Positions 10,815-15,335 of a DNA stretch of 15,335 nucleotides are shown in pieces. Made by a program: the position numbers and the translations under genes. The stretch's first letter is position 1. The number at the start of each line of letters is the position of its first letter. The DNA is from Azolla caroliniana (taxonomy: Eukaryota; Plantae; Polypodiophyta). Where the stretch lies: the NCBI GenBank assembly GCA_043228905.1, contig JBHGNT010000802.1, positions 1-15,335 on the forward strand, given 5' to 3'. The notes beneath the pieces were generated by a model that saw only the letters and a program-made list of their open reading frames with translations, was not told the DNA's origin and ran no database searches.

Positions 10815-11268
10815 TATCCGAAAGGACAAAGAATAAAGTTGATGCGTTTTCATGTAATGGCCTCCTCGACGACCTATAAAAAGGAGGGGAGAAAAAGAAA
10901 ATAATATTGCATTTTGGCGAGGACGAAGTGCTGTCGAACTGGGGACCGAGCTCTATCCTCCTCAACAATTGCTCTCCACTACATTTCTGTGTCGGTTACC
11001 TCTGCTGCGTGTAAGCCCGTGTGCTTCCAGTAGAGGCTCCACTATGCATTCTCTGTGTCGTCCGTGTGTGTGTATGTGTGTGACCTCCATTTTGGGTCTG
11101 TTGCCGGTTTGCCGGTTGTAGTCGTTGTTGACATTGTAATCGAATCTTTTGTTCCCCTCTCTCTCCCTGTATTTCTATGAATCACTCTCCCTCTTCTTTC
11201 TCACGCTCCTTGGTTCAGGCCCCCATGGTCCCACCTCATTCCACACGCGAGAGCGTAACAACACGACA
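10668..11268 (+). repeat. 3' LTR of B2, 5'-truncated
   Basis: Collinear with the B1 LTR from about its position 20 onward (ATGAATT, GCGTATCTCT, TATAAAA, GAGGACGAAGTGCTG, TTGCCGGTTGTA, ACACGCGA...GACA). Confidence 0.85.
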
Positions 11269-11287
11269 TTGGTGGATATGCAGGTTT

Positions 11288-11299
11288 GGTGGGGGTGAA
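11288..11299 (+). promoter_or_regulatory. Family-B polypurine tract preceding the B3 LTR
   Basis: GGTGGATATGCAGGTTTGGTGGGGGTGAATGACGTG matches the B1 3'UTR-PPT-LTR junction GGTGGATGCGTGGTTTGGTGGGGGCGGATGTCGTG. Confidence 0.7.
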
Positions 11300-12385
11300 T
11301 GACGTGTGAATCTTCACACACTATGTAAAAAAATAATCAAAAAATTATTTTAGCTTATATTACTAGCCTGTTATAGAAAGATGGATGTACTCAATAGCTT
11401 CAAAACGCGTTTTAGTACATACAAAATGGACAACTACATATCAGGTTATGAGAACATGAAGTTTGAGAAGATAGGGAAAATAGAACTATGATTTACCCCA
11501 CATAAATAGGAAACTTAAGGCCTTGGCTATATAAGCACATTGAAATCTCTCATTTTTCATTTGTGCTAAGAGCACTTTGGCCACTTTGTCTAGATGGATG
11601 AATGTGGCCAAGTTCCCAAAAACCGTTTGGCAATGAAATGGAACCGACCGGTAATGGAACCGGAGTTGGCCAATAATGGAACTGGAACAAGCCGGTAATC
11701 AAATCGAAACCGCCCGGTAAACAAACCAGAACTAGTCGGTAAGCAAACCGGAACCTGCGGGTAATCAAAATGGAACTGGCCGGCGTCCTGGAGAAAACTG
11801 TCCCTAGGCGGAAACCGGGTATAACGTGCGTAAACCGGCCCTTACACGTGGGCACAAGTTTTGTTGTATAGTAAGTAGATAGGTACAAGCCGGTTGAGGT
11901 GAAATCCTAGGTAGCACACATTCATTAGGGAGAAAAAATCGAGGCGTATCCCTGTCCGAAATAACAGGGACTAAACATGATGTAACGGGTGGTAACGGCC
12001 TCCCTCCTTGGGCTATAAAAGAGAGGGAGAGGTATTGTAAAGAGATCGCGTTTTGTGGAGGACGAAGTGCTGCCGGACTGGAACCAAGCTCTTCTCCTCT
12101 GTCATCTCCATAGTCGTTCTGTGCAGGTTTTCGGGAGGCTGACTCTGCTCCGCGGAATGCCCAAGTGCTACCGGTAGAGTCTCCATCTTGCGTTCTGTGC
12201 ATGTGCGTGTGTGCAGGCGTTAGAGCCTATAACTCGCCGGCTTGCCGGTTGTAACTCCATTGTTTAGAGTTATTTGCAACTCCTATGAATCCGTGTGTCT
12301 AAGCCCGTGTGAAGTACGTCGGTGGTTTCCTTCCCCTCTTCTCATTCGGTTATTTCTCGGTCCAAGGCGACGTAACAACGCGACA
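11300..12385 (+). repeat. LTR of B3 (up to 1086 bp; family-B homology clear from about 11784)
   Basis: TG after the PPT at 11300; ends CGCGACA at 12385 just before the PBS; TATAAAA near 12015; shared family-B blocks. 11305-11783 has no counterpart in the B1 LTR. Confidence 0.75.
11627..11781 (+). repeat. Degenerate 22-bp tandem repeat, about 7 units
   Basis: GGTAA or a variant recurs at 11650, 11672, 11694, 11716, 11738 and 11760; approximate consensus CCGGTAATNRAACYGGAACYRG. Confidence 0.8.
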
Positions 12386-12389
12386 TATT

Positions 12390-12407
12390 TGGTGATCTCG
12401 ACGTGAA
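12390..12407 (+). promoter_or_regulatory. Primer-binding site of B3 (tRNA-Trp-like)
   Basis: TGGTGATCTCGACGTGAA, 4 nt after the LTR-terminal CA, near-complementary to the recalled plant tRNA-Trp 3' end (UUCACGUCGGG(U/A)UCACCA). Confidence 0.75.
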
Positions 12408-12429
12408 CAAGCGGCAGAGGAATAGAAAG

Positions 12430-14529
12430 ATGAAAGGGTCGGATCTTGGAGAAGCCATGGTTTCGGCTGTGGATCGGATAGTGAGTGCGCACGAAGGCAC
12501 AGGCGCCCTCGATAGGGCTATTGAAGCAGTCATCGGCACGATAGGCCGGTTCGGTGGGAAGGACGCCACGAGCTATTTGGAGGCCTACAGAGCCGAAATG
12601 GTGATGAGGGACATCCCGGAGGACAGGTGACTGGCCGGATTCCCACGGGCATCCACGCGGAGGTCCTGAGGTACGGGTTGAGAGTCGAACCTGGGAAAAG
12701 TTTGAAGGTCGGCTCCTTGAAAAATACGGGCTTGATGACCCTCTTCGGCTATCGAAACGGGACTTCATGGAATGGGTAGAGACCTCCGAAAAGGGGAGAA
12801 ACGCGTCGGTTCTCCTTCGGGAGTTTGAAGAATGCTTCGCACATCTTTCGGTGCTGGACCGGACTGTGTTGGACACAAGTCGTGTCCTATTGTTCGTTAA
12901 ATCGGTGGACGTAAGAGACCGGGAGCAAGTGGGCTTCCTACTGGAGACCGATGATGGCCTAACAACTGACTGGGCCGTGGTAAAGAGAGTCTGCGATTGT
13001 TTTGACAAACGGCGTGAGTGGGTCGATAAAGACTTGACGGGGGCGGGTTCTGTTGCGACAAGGAAGGTCGAGGTACCCCCACTGGCGCGAAGGGAAGAGA
13101 TCCGAGACTGGTTCGAGACCGGCTCGACTTTGACCAACATGGTCAAAGGCTCGTCCGGAGGAGGGGCTCTGGAAGAGCTAACTTAGATGGTGAGGGACCT
13201 CCAGATTGAACAAGCACGGAGGGACGGCGGCGAACAAGTCCGTGACCGAAGGCCTCCGGCTGGGAACCAGTGCTTGTTGTGCGACGCGGTCAACCACGCC
13301 CGAAAGGACTGTGGGGACTTCGCCGAAGAGATAAGAGCTAACGTGGTATACCTATGGAACGGTCAGGTGCACGCTAGCGAGACCCGAAGGGCCTTGGATC
13401 TGAATGTCGGACAAGGGGGTGTGAAACGGCTGATGGAAGAAGCAGCGGCTCGCCACGTGGAGACTGTCCACTACTCGGCGTCGGCTGGAATCCGGGTCGG
13501 AAGTGATGAAGTCTGGAAGACGGATTCTGACCGTTGATGCTGGAAGGCCTCGCCGGCATACGATTGAGGAAAGAGGAAGTGGATAGCGCGGAAAGACGGG
13601 TCTAGGAAGTAACTGGGTGGAGTGACCCGATCGAAGAGAAGACGGGCTCCGTAGAAGCCGCGTACTAGAACTACGAGGTTCTGGTGGAAGATAAGCGTGC
13701 GGGAAAGACCGGGGGGGCCGGACCCTCACAACGGTATGAGACACGGTTCGGGCCGAAGTAGAATGATGTCGGTGCATCTGGCGCACCGAACAAAGCCAAG
13801 AAGGCGGGTTATCGGTTCGGCACAAAGATCGAAAGAACCACAGACCTATGAAAGGTCCTAGAGGAACGGATCCTCGACAGCAAAGTGGAGCTGTCACTGA
13901 GGGAAGTGCTCGGTATTGCCAAGGAGTTTCACGACTCCATCGTAGAATTGGTGAAGCGAAAAAGGCTTTCGACGGAGCCGGAGCCGGAGAAGCCGGTGGA
14001 GGTGTGAACGACGCACCTAGAAGACATAGCCCTGGAGGACGAATTGGCAGAAAGCCACTACTTCAGGCTACATTGGGTTAGGGCCACTACAAAAACCCCT
14101 ATTCGGATTGGGGACGTCCAGGAGCCAGTGGTGGCGTTGGTGGACCACGGTTCAGAAATCAACTTGATGTCCATGGACTTCTACAAGAAGGGGAAGTGGC
14201 CGATCAACACCAAGCACGGGTGGAAAATACAGGCAACAACACGCACCATGGAAGAGTTGCATGGAGCCTCCCCGAATGTACGAGTGAAAATCGGCGATGT
14301 CGAGATCGACCAACACTTCTTCATGTAGGAGACGTCCTCGCATCCGGTTATACTCGGGGAACCGTACATCACGGCAGCACGGATGGAGACAAAGGTGTTG
14401 GACAACGGTTCGGCATATGTACGAGTCCAGAGCCAAGATGGGCGTCACTCGGTCCAATTTCTGACGGTGCGACCGAACCATGAGCGTAATCGCGAGACCC
14501 TCGGTGGCAAAAACCGAGGGGATTTTTAG
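12430..14529 (+). pseudogene. gag: gag-protease ORF1 of B3, disrupted
   Basis: RFGGKDATSYLEAY capsid-like start; CLLCDAVNHARKDC zinc knuckle at 13271-13312; ALVDHGSEINLM protease and VILGEPY; the frame ends RGDF* at 14529. Stops at 12628, 13184 and 14326 plus frameshifts. Confidence 0.88.
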
Positions 14530-14586
14530 AGAGGGCTATCAAGGTGTGGGGCCACGATAGTCCGGACACCCCGGAAAAACCCCACA
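14520..14586 (+). promoter_or_regulatory. Predicted -1 ribosomal frameshift signal (G GAU UUU plus stem/pseudoknot)
   Basis: Heptamer at 14520-14526 directly before the ORF1 stop; the -1 frame leads into pol; 6-nt spacer, then GGGCTATC/GATAGTCC stem. Also present at 8285-8332. Confidence 0.7.
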
Positions 14587-15335
14587 TATGTACTATAAGC
14601 AAAAAGACTTGTACCATACGTAGGAAATTTTGGTTCCCCGATAGTGGAGGTTGTACGATAGCCGGCGTAATTGGCTAGGAAAAGAAGCGGGCGGAGAAGC
14701 GACTTCGGCCATGCGGAGTCCTCGGCCTTGAAGAGGAAATCAATGGAGCCGTGGAGGCGGTCTCTTTCGATGACACCTTAGTGAAGTTACGGGAGGTGTT
14801 TAAAGAAGGCCTTAATGAGGACCAAACGATTCCGGTATATTCGGAAAAGATGTATGAAGTCATCGCCGACTTCGGCAATGGACTCGAGTCAGACCCAAGT
14901 TTACGGATAAAGGGGGTCGCGTCGGAACCAAGTTTATGAGATACGGCCAACATAGGACACACGTTCCCCGACATAATGCTACAGGAGCTCAAGATCGGTG
15001 GGGTTGGCTTTCTACTGCCGGTGGAAGAGGACTGGTTTCGGAGAATGCTCAGGAGGCAAGGGAAGGATTTCGCATTCTCACCGGAGGAGATCGGGTGCGT
15101 AGACCCGACGATTGTGGAACCAATGGTGATCTTCATGGTACCGCAGAGCTCACATCCCGAAGTTGATGGAGCTGTTGAAACTGAAGGTGGAAATGGGCAT
15201 CCTCGAACCATCGAGTGCCCCATATTTGAATCGGTGGTTTACAATGCCAAAGAAGAACGGCACACTGCGCTTCATACAGGACCTACAGCCGGTCAACAAG
15301 GTGACTCCTCTTGGCCTAGTTCGGATGTGTACCTT
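14520..15335 (+). pseudogene. pol: pol ORF2 start of B3 (spacer and RT N-terminus), disrupted
   Basis: EAVSFDDTL...FAFSPEEIGCVDP...GILEPSSAPYLNRWFTMPKKNGTLRFIQDLQPVNKVT, then a jump to TPLGLVRMCT; contains stops and deletions. Confidence 0.88.

Larger units (their letters stand above)
8279..11268 (+). mobile_element. Element B2: family-B internal region and rearranged 3' LTR
   Basis: 8279-8895 is homologous to 14514-15087; the integrase is homologous to B1; the LTR ends ACACGACA at 11268. Confidence 0.9.
11300..15335 (+). mobile_element. Element B3: 5' part of a family-B Ty3/Gypsy retrotransposon, running off the window
   Basis: LTR, PBS, gag, protease, frameshift site and start of RT, in that order. 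Confidence 0.92.

Noticed and set aside
11627-11781. CRISPR array
   Set aside because: Contiguous degenerate 22-mers with no unique spacers, no cas genes, and a eukaryotic LTR context.
12283-13146. 287-aa minus-strand ORF
   Set aside because: Shadow of B3 gag, Ser/Thr/Arg-rich and without motifs.

Overview
Eukaryotic, probably plant (the PBS tRNAs and the CG/CHG-type decay point to a non-seed land plant), transposon graveyard made entirely of nested, decayed Ty3/Gypsy LTR retrotransposons; no host gene is evident. From left to right: (A) 3' end of a chromovirus (RNase H end, integrase, chromodomain, PPT, 451-bp LTR) inserted into (B1) the integrase and 3' LTR of a second family, itself inserted into the RNase H of (C) a minus-strand non-chromovirus element with a tRNA-Arg PBS. 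Then come (B2) a deletion-riddled pol and rearranged 3' LTR of family B and (B3) a third family-B copy with LTR, tRNA-Trp PBS, gag-protease and the start of pol. The most notable signals are a GGAUUUU -1 frameshift site with a predicted pseudoknot placed after the protease in family B, a tRNA-like Pol III A/B-box module at the start of the chromovirus LTR, a 96-bp near-perfect fold-back inversion replacing the B2 PPT and LTR terminus, an LTR flanked by both PPT and PBS, and a 22-bp repeat array in that LTR. All alignments were done by eye; no searches were run, and I cannot claim a wholly new system.
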